The translations under genes were made by a program, and so were the position numbers. The notes beneath the pieces were generated by a model. That model was given only the letters and a program-made list of their open reading frames with translations, was not told the DNA's origin and searched no databases. DNA of 64,000 bases from an uncultured Pseudomonadota bacterium (GTDB taxonomy: Bacteria; Pseudomonadota; Gammaproteobacteria; Burkholderiales; SG8-39): contig CAWFPL010000008.1 of NCBI GenBank assembly GCA_963817785.1, forward strand, positions 1,360,463 to 1,424,462, in the 5' to 3' direction. Positions 47,333 through 56,274 of this stretch are shown in pieces (the stretch's first letter is position 1; every line of letters begins with the position of its first letter).

Positions 47333-49024
47333 ATGAATGCGACCGAGACTTTCCTGCAAGCCCGCGATTTCCTGATCGCGAACCGCGAGAACTACGCCGC
47401 CGCCTTCGCGGGATTCCGCTGGCCGCAGCTCGCCGAGTTCAACTGGGCGCTCGATTACTTCGACGTGATCGCGCGCGACAACCGGCGCACCGCACTGTGG
47501 GTGGTGAACGAGGACGGCTCCGAGGCGCGCGCCACGTTCGCGGAGATGAGCGCGCGCTCCAACCGCGTCGCCAACTTCCTGCGCGCGAACGGCGTGCGAC
47601 GCGGTGACTGCATGCTGGTGATGCTGCCGAACGTGGTGCCGCTCTGGGAGATCACGCTCGCGGCGATGAAGCTCGGCGCGGTGGTGAGCCCGGCGACCAC
47701 GCAGCTCACGCAGGCCGACCTGCAGGACCGCATCGAGCGCGGCCGGGTCCGGCACGTAGTCGCCGACATGGCCGCGAGCGGCAAGTTCGCCGACGTGCCC
47801 GGCGCGTACTCGCGCATTCTGGTCGGCGGGGACGCCGCGGGATGGATCTCATACCGGCGGGCCGATGACGCCGGCGCGAGCTTCGCGCCCGACGGCGTCA
47901 CGCACGTCGACGATCCGTTGCTGCTGTACTTCACCTCCGGCACCACCGCGCGGCCGAAGATGGTGGAGCACACGCACCAGAGCTACCCGGTCGGGCACCT
48001 GTCGACCATGTACTGGCTCGGACTGCGCGAAGGCGACGTGCACTTCAACATCAGCTCCCCGGGCTGGGCGAAGCACGCCTGGAGCTGCCTGTTCGCGCCG
48101 TGGAACGCAGGGGCGACGGTGTTCCTGTACAACCTCGCGCGCTTCGACGCGAAGAAGACGCTCGAAGCGCTGGTGCGCCACGGCGTCACCACCCTGTGCG
48201 CTCCACCGACCGTGTGGCGCATGCTGATCCTGGAGGACCTCAAGGCCTACCCGGCCAAGCTGCGCGAGCTGGCGAGCGCCGGCGAGCCGCTCAATCCCGA
48301 GGTGATCGAGCGTGTGCAGGCTGCCTGGAACATCACCGTGCGCGACGGCTACGGCCAGACCGAGACCACGGCGCAGCTGGGCAACCCGCCGGGCCAGCCG
48401 GTGAAGATGGGCTCGATGGGGCGGCCGCTGCCGGGCTTCAAGATCGAGCTGCTCGACGTCACCGACGACCGCCCCGCGGAGGAAGGCGAGGTCGCGATCG
48501 ACCTCCGCTCGCGCCCGGTCGGGTTGATGACCGGCTACCTCGACAACCCCGAGCGCACCCGGGAGCTGCTCGGCGGTGCTTACTACCGCACCGCAGACGT
48601 CGCCTCGCGCGACCGGGACGGCTACTTCTGGTACGTCGGGCGTGCCGACGACGTGTTCAAGAGCGCCGACTATCGCATCAGCCCGTTCGAGCTGGAAAGC
48701 GCGCTGATCGAGCACGACGCGGTGGCCGAGGCCGCCGTGGTGCCCAGCCCGCACGCGCTGCGCCTGAGCGTGCCGAAGGCCTACCTCGTGCTCAAGCCGG
48801 GCTTCGAGCCCTCGCGTGCGACCGCGCTTGCGATCTTCCGCTTCACGCGCGAGCGGCTCGCGCCCTACAAGCGCATCCGCCGCATCGAGTTCTCCGACCT
48901 GCCCAAGACCATCTCGGGCAAGATCCGCCGCGTGCAGCTGCGCGGCGCCGAGAACGAGCGCCAGGGCGAGGCGCGGCGCAGGAACGAGTTCTGGGACGAG
49001 GATTTTCCCGAGCTGAAGGCGTGA
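47333..49024 (+). CDS. AMP-forming acyl-CoA synthetase (medium-chain/ACSM-like)
   Basis: ATG 47333 after the RBS gaggaggg, inside ORF 47129..49024. Motifs YFTSGTTARPK, GYGQTE, YRTADV and PKTISGKIRR. Confidence 0.85.
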   Translation: MNATETFLQARDFLIANRENYAAAFAGFRWPQLAEFNWALDYFDVIARDNRRTALWVVNEDGSEARATFAEMSARSNRVANFLRANGVRRGDCMLVMLPNVVPLWEITLAAMKLGAVVSPATTQLTQADLQDRIERGRVRHVVADMAASGKFADVPGAYSRILVGGDAAGWISYRRADDAGASFAPDGVTHVDDPLLLYFTSGTTARPKMVEHTHQSYPVGHLSTMYWLGLREGDVHFNISSPGWAKHAWSCLFAPWNAGATVFLYNLARFDAKKTLEALVRHGVTTLCAPPTVWRMLILEDLKAYPAKLRELASAGEPLNPEVIERVQAAWNITVRDGYGQTETTAQLGNPPGQPVKMGSMGRPLPGFKIELLDVTDDRPAEEGEVAIDLRSRPVGLMTGYLDNPERTRELLGGAYYRTADVASRDRDGYFWYVGRADDVFKSADYRISPFELESALIEHDAVAEAAVVPSPHALRLSVPKAYLVLKPGFEPSRATALAIFRFTRERLAPYKRIRRIEFSDLPKTISGKIRRVQLRGAENERQGEARRRNEFWDEDFPELKA

Positions 49025-49063
49025 CCCCGGCGCGCCGCGTCCGCAACTCGCCGGCACGTTTTC

Positions 49064-49092
49064 TTGTGGATGCCACACCCCGCCCCTATACT
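49064..49092 (+). promoter_or_regulatory. sigma-70-like promoter upstream of the Yip1-family gene
   Basis: TTGTGG (49064-49069), a 17-nt spacer, then TATACT (49087-49092). A 12-bp palindrome cgtcagctgacg (49101-49112) lies in the leader. Confidence 0.4.
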
Positions 49093-49124
49093 CGCACTGT
49101 CGTCAGCTGACGTCAGGAGGAGAA

Positions 49125-49715
49125 ATGGACATCGTCGATCGCGCGAGGAAAATCCTGCTTCAGCCCAGCAGCGAGTGGCCGGTCATCGAGCAGGAGCAGA
49201 CCGATCCCCAGTCGCTCTATCGCGGCTACATCGCGATCCTGGCGCTCATTCCCGCCATCGCGGGCCTGATCAGCCGGGCCTTCATCGCCAGTTTCTTCGG
49301 CGTGCGCATGGGCATGGGCGCCGCGCTGGGCTTCACCGTCGTGGGCTACGTGCTGAGCCTGGTGATGGTGTTCGTGGTCGCGTTCATCGCCGACACGCTG
49401 GCGCCGAACTTCGGCGGGCGGAAGAACCTCGTCCAGGCGCTCAAGCTCACGGCGTACGCGATGACCGCTTCCTGGGTCGCGGGGGTCTTGGTGATCGTGC
49501 CCGTACTCGGCTGGCTCGCCTCCCTCCTCGGCGCGCTGTACTCGCTGTACCTGTTCTACCTGGGTGTGCCGGCGCTGATGAAGGTGCCGGCGCAGAAGGC
49601 GCTCGGCTACACCGCCGTGATCGTGGTGATCGCCATCGTAATCGGTGCCGTGATCGGCATGCTCAACGCAGCCATGTTCGGCGTGGGGGCCGGCCCGATG
49701 GGCCGGCACTACTGA
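49125..49715 (+). CDS. Yip1 family membrane protein
   Basis: 196 aa. MDIVDRARKILLQPSSEWPVIEQE… followed by five TM helices, typical of bacterial Yip1/DUF1282. Confidence 0.7.
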   Translation: MDIVDRARKILLQPSSEWPVIEQEQTDPQSLYRGYIAILALIPAIAGLISRAFIASFFGVRMGMGAALGFTVVGYVLSLVMVFVVAFIADTLAPNFGGRKNLVQALKLTAYAMTASWVAGVLVIVPVLGWLASLLGALYSLYLFYLGVPALMKVPAQKALGYTAVIVVIAIVIGAVIGMLNAAMFGVGAGPMGRHY

Positions 49716-49752
49716 GCGCGGCCGGGACGCACGGCGGCAGCGGCCGCCGCGG

Positions 49753-50409
49753 CTACCAGTGCTTGCGCAGGCCGATCTCGAAGCCGTGCGGCAGCGCCTC
49801 GAGGATGATGGGCGACTTCCTGTGCTGCGCGTAGTACCCGGCGGCGGTGCCGAGCGCGAAGCCCGCGAACACGTCGGTCTGCCAGTGCGCCTGCGACTTC
49901 AGGCGCGCAATCCCGTCGTACAGCGGCAACAGCTCGAGCGCATAGACTCCGGGATGCTGGTCGCGATACTCGAGCACGAACGGCGTCACGGCGGCGCTGA
50001 CGAAGGACACCTCGCCGCTCGGAAAGCTGTAATGGTGGCTGCCCTGAAACCACAGGTTGGGATCCGTGGTCTGGGTGGGCCGCGCGCGGGTGAACACATC
50101 CTTCGCCACGGTCGTCGCGACGATCGAGATCGCCGAGGAGTCCACCGAGCGCCAGAAGGTCTGCCCGAGGCGGCTGTCGCCGCCTTCCCAGAGCGCGCCT
50201 CCCAGAACGGTCGCCAGGGTCAGCTCCTGCAGCAGCAACTGGTCGTGGCGCGCCCAGATGCCGCTCTCGTCCAGGCCGATGCGGTGATCGATACCGAGCG
50301 GTCCGCCGGCTGCCTGCGCGAGCGCGACGTAGCAGCCTCCCAGCGCGGCCAGCAGTGCTTTGCGCCATGCGCGGCTTGAACGCCCGGCAGGACCAGCGAC
50401 GCGAGGCAT
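49753..50409 (-). CDS. PAP2 (phosphatidic acid phosphatase type 2) family phosphatase
   Basis: Three PAP2 motifs: KDVFTRARP, SFPSGE and ARLKSQAHWQTDV. Confidence 0.8.
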   Translation of the reverse strand: MPRVAGPAGRSSRAWRKALLAALGGCYVALAQAAGGPLGIDHRIGLDESGIWARHDQLLLQELTLATVLGGALWEGGDSRLGQTFWRSVDSSAISIVATTVAKDVFTRARPTQTTDPNLWFQGSHHYSFPSGEVSFVSAAVTPFVLEYRDQHPGVYALELLPLYDGIARLKSQAHWQTDVFAGFALGTAAGYYAQHRKSPIILEALPHGFEIGLRKHW

Positions 50410-50514
50410 GGTCTCGAATGCACCCTAGGGAGGACGGGGCTCGGATGCTACACCCGCTAGCCCTTCCCGTGCTGACGCCGGCTTCAGCCTGAACCGGTGG
50501 CGGGGCGCACCGCT

Positions 50515-51645
50515 CTAATCGAGCGATTTGCGAAAGCGCAGCACGCTCACCGTCAGCATCCCGAGCGCGAGCAGCGCCATCGCCCCGAGCTGCGGCCAGA
50601 GTATCGACACCCCTACCCCCTTGAGGAATACCGCGCGCAGGACCACCAGGAAGTAGCGCAACGGATTGACCACGGTGAACCATTGCAGGAGCTTGGGCAT
50701 GGCCGCGATCGGAAAGGCGAAGCCCGAAAGAATGAAGAACGGATTGACCAGGAAGAAGTTGAGCGCGAACGCCTGTTGCTGGGTTCGCGAGAAGGTCGAC
50801 AGCAGCAGTCCCATGCCGAGCGCCGCAAGGAGAAACAGCGAGGCGCCGATCAGCATCACCCAGGGGCTTCCGCTGAACGGGACGCGGAACCAGAGAATGC
50901 CGATGGCGCTCACCAGGGCGATGTCGCCGAGCCCGATGAGGAAGAACGGCACGGTCTTGCCGAGGATGAACTCCACCGGACGGATCGGGCTGACCATGAT
51001 CTGCTCGAGCGTGCCGACCTCGCGCTCGCGCACGATGGCGAACGCGGTGAGGCTGACCACCTGCAACAGCGTCAGCGTGCCGATCACGCCGGGGATGAAG
51101 AACCAGCGCTCGTTCAGGCCTTCGTTGAACCAGGGCCGCGGCGCGAGCGCGATCCCGATCTGCGGCGTCGCGCCGCCGACCCCCGGCGCGCTCGCGCGGC
51201 TCGCCTGCCCGGCCGAAAACTGGACCACGATCTGGCTGATGTAGCCGAGCGCGATCAGCGCCGTGTTCGAGTTGGTGCCGTCCACGATGACCTGCAGCGG
51301 CGCGCCGCGGCCGTTCTGCAGGTCGCGGCCGAAGCCGGCGTGGATGACGATGGCGATGACGGCCGTGCCGCGATCGATATCCCGCGTGATCGCGCCCTGG
51401 CTCTCCGCCACGTCGACGACGTCGAAGCGCGAGGTGGCGAGGAAGTGCGACACCAGGCTGCGGCTGGCGGCGCTGCGGTCGAGGTCGAGGATCGCGGTGG
51501 CGACGTGATGCACGGTGAAGGTCGCCGCGTAGCCGAAGATGAACATCTGCAGGATCAGCGGAACGACCAGGCGGAACATCGCCCAGCGATCGCGCCTGAG
51601 CTCGAGAAACTCCTTCATCAGCATCACCGACAGGCGTTCGAGCAT
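50515..51645 (-). CDS. ABC-2 type transporter permease (YbhR/YbhS-like)
   Basis: 376 aa. N-terminus MLERLSVMLMKEFLELRRDR followed by a polytopic body. Confidence 0.85.
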   Translation of the reverse strand: MLERLSVMLMKEFLELRRDRWAMFRLVVPLILQMFIFGYAATFTVHHVATAILDLDRSAASRSLVSHFLATSRFDVVDVAESQGAITRDIDRGTAVIAIVIHAGFGRDLQNGRGAPLQVIVDGTNSNTALIALGYISQIVVQFSAGQASRASAPGVGGATPQIGIALAPRPWFNEGLNERWFFIPGVIGTLTLLQVVSLTAFAIVREREVGTLEQIMVSPIRPVEFILGKTVPFFLIGLGDIALVSAIGILWFRVPFSGSPWVMLIGASLFLLAALGMGLLLSTFSRTQQQAFALNFFLVNPFFILSGFAFPIAAMPKLLQWFTVVNPLRYFLVVLRAVFLKGVGVSILWPQLGAMALLALGMLTVSVLRFRKSLD

Positions 51646-51649
51646 CGCG

Positions 51650-52786
51650 CTAGTCCAGCCGCTTGCGGAAGGCCCGCGCGGCGATCACCACGATGACCGC
51701 GGCGTAGATGGCGAGGCCGAGCAGCGGCAGCCAGAGATCGGCCAGTCCGCTGCCCTTGAGAAAGATCGCGCGCAGGACCGTGACGTAATAGCGCGAATAC
51801 ACGGCCAGAGTGATGGCGCGGATCGGCGCCGGCATCTGGTCGATCGGGAAGGTATAGCCCGAGAGCAGGGTGGTGGGCAGCATGGTGACGAGCAGGGCGA
51901 CCTGGCTCGCGCCGAGCTGGCTGCGCACGCGCACCGATATGACGTAGCCCATGCCGAGCACCACGATGAGGAACAGCGCGGTGGTCGTGAACAGCGCGAG
52001 CACGCTCCCCCGAAAGGGCACTCCGAACCAGTAGATGGCGGCGACCAAGCAGAACGCGGCGTCGAGCAGGCCGATCGCGAAATACGGGATCAGTTTGCCG
52101 ACCATGACTTCGAGCGCGGTGACCGGGGTCGAGATCAGCTGCTCCATCGTGCCCCGCTCCCACTCGCGCGAGACCGTGAGCGAGGTGAGTTGCGCACCGA
52201 CCAGCGCAAGGATCACCGCCACCACCCCGGGGATGATGAAGTTGCGGCTGTCCAGGGTTTCGTTGAACCAGGTGCTGGGCTCGAGATCGACCTGGCCGAC
52301 CAGGGCCGGCCGAACGCCGTGCGCGGCCGCCCAGCGCGCCGCGATGTCGGCGTTGGCCTGTGCGATCACGCCCTGGGCGTAGCCGAGCGCGATGTTGGTG
52401 GTATTGACGTCGGTCGCGTCGAAAACGGCCTGCAAGGGCGCGCTTCCGGTCGCGGCCAGCTGGCGCGAGAAGTCCGCCGGAATCACCGCGGCGGCGATGC
52501 ATTCGCCGCGGTCCATCGCATCGCGAATGCCGGCCTCGCGCCCGAGCGTGCGCCGGATCGAGAACCAGCCGGACGAGACGAAGCGCTCGACGACGGCGCG
52601 GCTCTGCTGGCTGTTTTCCTGGTCGAAGACGCACAGCGGCACCCGCTTGATGTCGAGGCTCACCCCATAGCCGAGCAGGACCATCTGCATGAGCGGCATC
52701 AGCAGCGCGACCGCAAGGCTGCGCGGGTCGCGCCAGACCTGGAGCATTTCCTTGTACGCCATGGCGAGGAGCCGCCGTGCCTTCAC
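51650..52786 (-). CDS. ABC-2 type transporter permease (YbhS/YbhR-like)
   Basis: 378 aa. MKARRLLAMAYKEMLQVWRDPRSL. ATGA overlap with the upstream ATPase stop. Confidence 0.85.
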   Translation of the reverse strand: MKARRLLAMAYKEMLQVWRDPRSLAVALLMPLMQMVLLGYGVSLDIKRVPLCVFDQENSQQSRAVVERFVSSGWFSIRRTLGREAGIRDAMDRGECIAAAVIPADFSRQLAATGSAPLQAVFDATDVNTTNIALGYAQGVIAQANADIAARWAAAHGVRPALVGQVDLEPSTWFNETLDSRNFIIPGVVAVILALVGAQLTSLTVSREWERGTMEQLISTPVTALEVMVGKLIPYFAIGLLDAAFCLVAAIYWFGVPFRGSVLALFTTTALFLIVVLGMGYVISVRVRSQLGASQVALLVTMLPTTLLSGYTFPIDQMPAPIRAITLAVYSRYYVTVLRAIFLKGSGLADLWLPLLGLAIYAAVIVVIAARAFRKRLD

Positions 52787-53736
52787 GCCGCGATCCTTTC
52801 ATCCTGCCCGCCGGAGACCAGGTGCACGAAGACATCCTCGAGGCTCGGTGCGACGCTGCGCACCTGACCGGCCTGGATTCCGCGCGTGGCGAGAAAGCCG
52901 GGCAGCTCGGCGGGGCCGAGGCCCGCTTCGCCGAGCACGACGTGGAGCTTGTCGCCGAAGATGGCGGCCTCGATCACGCCCGGCGCAGCGGCGAGCGCCT
53001 GCAGCGCGGCCCCGAGCGGCGCGCACTCGACCTCGACCAGCTGGCCTCCGAGCCGCTGGCTGCGCAGCTCGCCCGGAGCGCCCATCGCGATGAGCTTGCC
53101 GCGATCGATGAGCGCGATGCGGTTGCAGTACTCGGCCTCCTCCATGTAGTGCGTGGACACCAGGATGGTGACGCCGCCCCCCGCCAGCTCGTGGATCAGG
53201 TCCCAGAACTGCCGCCGGGCCTCGGGCTCGACGCCCGAGGTCGGCTCGTCGAGAAACAGGATCGGCGGGCGGTGCAGGATCGCGCAGCCCAGCGCGAGGC
53301 GCTGCTTCCAGCCGCCCGCCAAGGTGCGCACCAGCGCCCCCTCGCGGCCCTCGAGCCCGGCCATCGACACGGCGGCGCGCGTGCGCTCCTCGATGTCGCG
53401 GCGCGGGACCCGGTAGATGCCGCCGAAGAACTTGAGGTTTTCGCGTACCGTCAGGTCGCCGTACAGGGAGAATTTCTGCGACATGTAGCCGATGTGCTCG
53501 CGCACGGCTTCGGGCTCCCGGCCGACATCGAGGCCCGCCACCGTAGCCGTGCCCTCGGTCGGGCGCAGCAGGCCGCAGAGCATGCGGATGGTGGTCGACT
53601 TCCCGGCCCCGTTGGGCCCGATGAAGCCGACGACCTGGCCTTTTTCGATGCTCAAATCGAGGTGGTCCACGGCGGTGAAGGTCCCGAACTTCTTGGTCAG
53701 CCCCCGGGTGAGGACCGCGGGCACGGCGCCGCTCAC
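52783..53736 (-). CDS. ABC transporter ATP-binding protein
   Basis: Walker A GPNGAGKST, signature LAGGWKQRL and Walker B ILFLDEP. ATGA overlaps on both sides. Confidence 0.9.
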   Translation of the reverse strand: MSGAVPAVLTRGLTKKFGTFTAVDHLDLSIEKGQVVGFIGPNGAGKSTTIRMLCGLLRPTEGTATVAGLDVGREPEAVREHIGYMSQKFSLYGDLTVRENLKFFGGIYRVPRRDIEERTRAAVSMAGLEGREGALVRTLAGGWKQRLALGCAILHRPPILFLDEPTSGVEPEARRQFWDLIHELAGGGVTILVSTHYMEEAEYCNRIALIDRGKLIAMGAPGELRSQRLGGQLVEVECAPLGAALQALAAAPGVIEAAIFGDKLHVVLGEAGLGPAELPGFLATRGIQAGQVRSVAPSLEDVFVHLVSGGQDERIAA

Positions 53737-54677
53737 GCCTGTCCCCCGGGTCCGAGCAGGGCCACGAACACGTCTTCGATGCCGGGCTCGGCGGGCCTGA
53801 GGTCGAACTCCGTGATGCCCCGCTCGGCGAGCCGCGCGCGCAGCTCAGGGACGCGCCGCGCGGAATCGTCGACCCGCACGTGCACTCGATCGCCCATGAG
53901 CAGGACGCCAAGCACTCCGGGCGTGCCTGCGAGCGCAGCGCGCAGGGAGCGGGGATCGGCCGACGCGACGGCGAGCAATGCGCCCGGCATCGCCTGCTTG
54001 AGGCGCGCGGGGGTATCGCAATGACGGATCTGTCCGCCATGCAGCAGAGCCAGGCGCGAGCAGCGCTCCGCCTCGTCCATGTACGCGGTGGACAGCACGA
54101 TGGCGACCCCGCGCTCGCGCAGGTTGTACAGGATCGCCCAGAACTCGCGCCGGGAAACGGGATCGACGCCGGTCGTCGGCTCGTCGAGCAGCAGCACCCG
54201 GGGGGTATGGATCAGGGCGCAGATCAGGCCGAGCTTCTGCTTCATCCCGCCGGAGAGCTGGCCCGCCAGCCGGCGCCGGAAGGGCGACAGCCCGGCGGCC
54301 TCGAGCAGCTCCCGGCTGCGTTGCGCGCGCTCGGCGGGCGGAACGGCGAACAATTCGCCGTAGAAGCGGATGTTTTCGTCAACCGTGAGGTCCTCGTACA
54401 GGCCGAAGCGTTGCGGCATGTAGCTCAGGCGCAGCTTGGCGAGCTCGGGCTCGGCGCCCGCGTCCACGCCGTCGACCTCGATGTCGCCCGCATCGGGACG
54501 CAGCACGCCGGCCAGCATGCGCATGATGGTGGTCTTGCCCGCGCCGTCGGGCCCGACCAGCCCGAAGACCTCTCCCCGCGATACCGTGAAGCCGACGTCT
54601 TGCACGGCCCGCACGGGGCCGAAGCTCTTGCTGAGCGCGCGCACGCTCACCGCCGCTTCGCCGGGTTGCGCCGTCAT
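53733..54677 (-). CDS. ABC transporter ATP-binding protein
   Basis: Walker A GPDGAGKTT, signature LSGGMKQKL and Walker B VLLLDEP. Confidence 0.9.
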   Translation of the reverse strand: MTAQPGEAAVSVRALSKSFGPVRAVQDVGFTVSRGEVFGLVGPDGAGKTTIMRMLAGVLRPDAGDIEVDGVDAGAEPELAKLRLSYMPQRFGLYEDLTVDENIRFYGELFAVPPAERAQRSRELLEAAGLSPFRRRLAGQLSGGMKQKLGLICALIHTPRVLLLDEPTTGVDPVSRREFWAILYNLRERGVAIVLSTAYMDEAERCSRLALLHGGQIRHCDTPARLKQAMPGALLAVASADPRSLRAALAGTPGVLGVLLMGDRVHVRVDDSARRVPELRARLAERGITEFDLRPAEPGIEDVFVALLGPGGQA

Positions 54678-55669
54678 TTTCCCGCGGGCAGGAGCGCGAT
54701 CGTCGCCTGCGCCGGCATTCCCGGCAGCAGCTCGTGCGTCGGATTGTCGATGTCGATGCGGATGCGATAAACGAGCGCAACCCTTTCGGCGTGGGTTTCG
54801 ACCGTCTTGGGCGTGAACTCGGCCTGTGAGGAGATGAAGCCGATGCGGCCATGATAGATCTTGCCGGGATAGGTATCGGTCGCCACTTCTACCGCCTCGC
54901 CCAGCCGGATCGCGCCCAGGTTCGTCTCGTTCACGTAGGCGCGCAGCCAGACGTGGTCGAGGTCATCGAGCGTGAAAATCGCCACGCCGGGCCCGGCCAG
55001 CTCGCCCAGCTCGGCCTCGCGCACCGCCAGCACCCCGCTGAAGGGCGCACGCAAAACCGTGTAGGACAGCGTGACCCGATCGAGACCCGCCTTCGCCTCG
55101 GCCGCTGCGCGGTCGGCGCGCGCGAGCTCGATATTGTCGCGTGCCACCTGGACGAAGGCCAGGTCGCGCTCGAGCTCGGCGGCTGCCTGCGCCGCGGCGG
55201 TGGAGGCGAGGTCATAGGCCAGCTGCGAGATCGCGCCGGATTTCAGCTGGGCTTCGTCGCGCGCGAGCTCGCGCTTCTTTTCGGCGAGGTTGAAGCGGTC
55301 GCTGGCGACAGTGTTGCGGGCCGCAGCCAGGTTGCTCTCGTTCACGGCAACCGCCCGCCGCGCGACCTCGAGATTGGTCTGGTCGATTTCCAGCTGCTGG
55401 CGGTAGAAGCGATCGTCGACCCGGGCCAGCACGGTGCCGGCTGCGACGGACTTGCCCTCGTCGAAGGGCAGATACACGATCGGCGCCTGGACCTGGCTGA
55501 AGCTCAGCACGCTCTGATGGGCCTCGATGTTGCCCGAGACCACGATCTTCTGCGGGCCGGCCGGGGGACCGAACAAAGCCCGCCTGGCGGGCGCCCAGAG
55601 CGACAGCACGCCCGCGGCGGCGACCAGGACCGCGAGCGCGGCGATGCCCAGGCGCGCGCGGCGCGTCAT
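54674..55669 (-). CDS. HlyD-family membrane fusion protein (YbhG-like)
   Basis: 331 aa. N-terminal TM anchor, a coiled-coil middle and a beta-barrel C-terminus. First gene of the exporter operon. Confidence 0.85.
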   Translation of the reverse strand: MTRRARLGIAALAVLVAAAGVLSLWAPARRALFGPPAGPQKIVVSGNIEAHQSVLSFSQVQAPIVYLPFDEGKSVAAGTVLARVDDRFYRQQLEIDQTNLEVARRAVAVNESNLAAARNTVASDRFNLAEKKRELARDEAQLKSGAISQLAYDLASTAAAQAAAELERDLAFVQVARDNIELARADRAAAEAKAGLDRVTLSYTVLRAPFSGVLAVREAELGELAGPGVAIFTLDDLDHVWLRAYVNETNLGAIRLGEAVEVATDTYPGKIYHGRIGFISSQAEFTPKTVETHAERVALVYRIRIDIDNPTHELLPGMPAQATIALLPAGK

Positions 55670-55749
55670 CGCCGAGCAGCTCCGGCGCCCGAAGCGCTAG
55701 GCCGCACCTTCGTATCCGCAGCCGCCGCAAAGGGCGGCCCGCGGCCGGC

Positions 55750-56226
55750 TCACCGCCGCCCTCGCTTTCCCCGCCCGGCCGCCGCCACGCCACGCACCAG
55801 CAGCACCGGCACCGGCGTCTCGCGCAGCACTTGCTCGGCGTCGCTGCCCATGACCAGGCGCCTCACCCCGCGACGTCCGTGGGTCCCCATCACGATCAGA
55901 TCGGCCTTGCAGCGCTTCGCCTCGCGGATGATCGACTCGGCCACCGGACCCGCCATCGATTCGGCGAGCACCGTGCGCGCCCGCACTCCGCTCTTGCGCG
56001 CAAGCGCGGCCGCCTTGGCCAGAATCTTCTGTCCCGCGACGCGCAACGACGTGAACACGTTCTCCGGGAACACCATTCCGTCGCCGGCCGCCATGATGAA
56101 GGACTCGTCGACCGCGTAGAACAGGACCAGGCTTGCGCCTTGCTGTCTTGCGATGCGCAGCGCTTCCTTCAACCCACGGCTTGCCGTGCTGCTGCCGTCG
56201 ACAGGGACCAAGATGCGCTTGTACAT
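55750..56226 (-). CDS. universal stress protein (UspA family)
   Basis: MYKRILVPVDGSSTA…DLIVMGTHGRRGVRRLVMGSDAEQVLRETPVPVLLV. Confidence 0.85.
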   Translation of the reverse strand: MYKRILVPVDGSSTASRGLKEALRIARQQGASLVLFYAVDESFIMAAGDGMVFPENVFTSLRVAGQKILAKAAALARKSGVRARTVLAESMAGPVAESIIREAKRCKADLIVMGTHGRRGVRRLVMGSDAEQVLRETPVPVLLVRGVAAAGRGKRGRR

Positions 56227-56274
56227 GTTGCCGCCTCCTTTGCTTGAGATGGTGGGATTCCAGGTTACCGCGCG

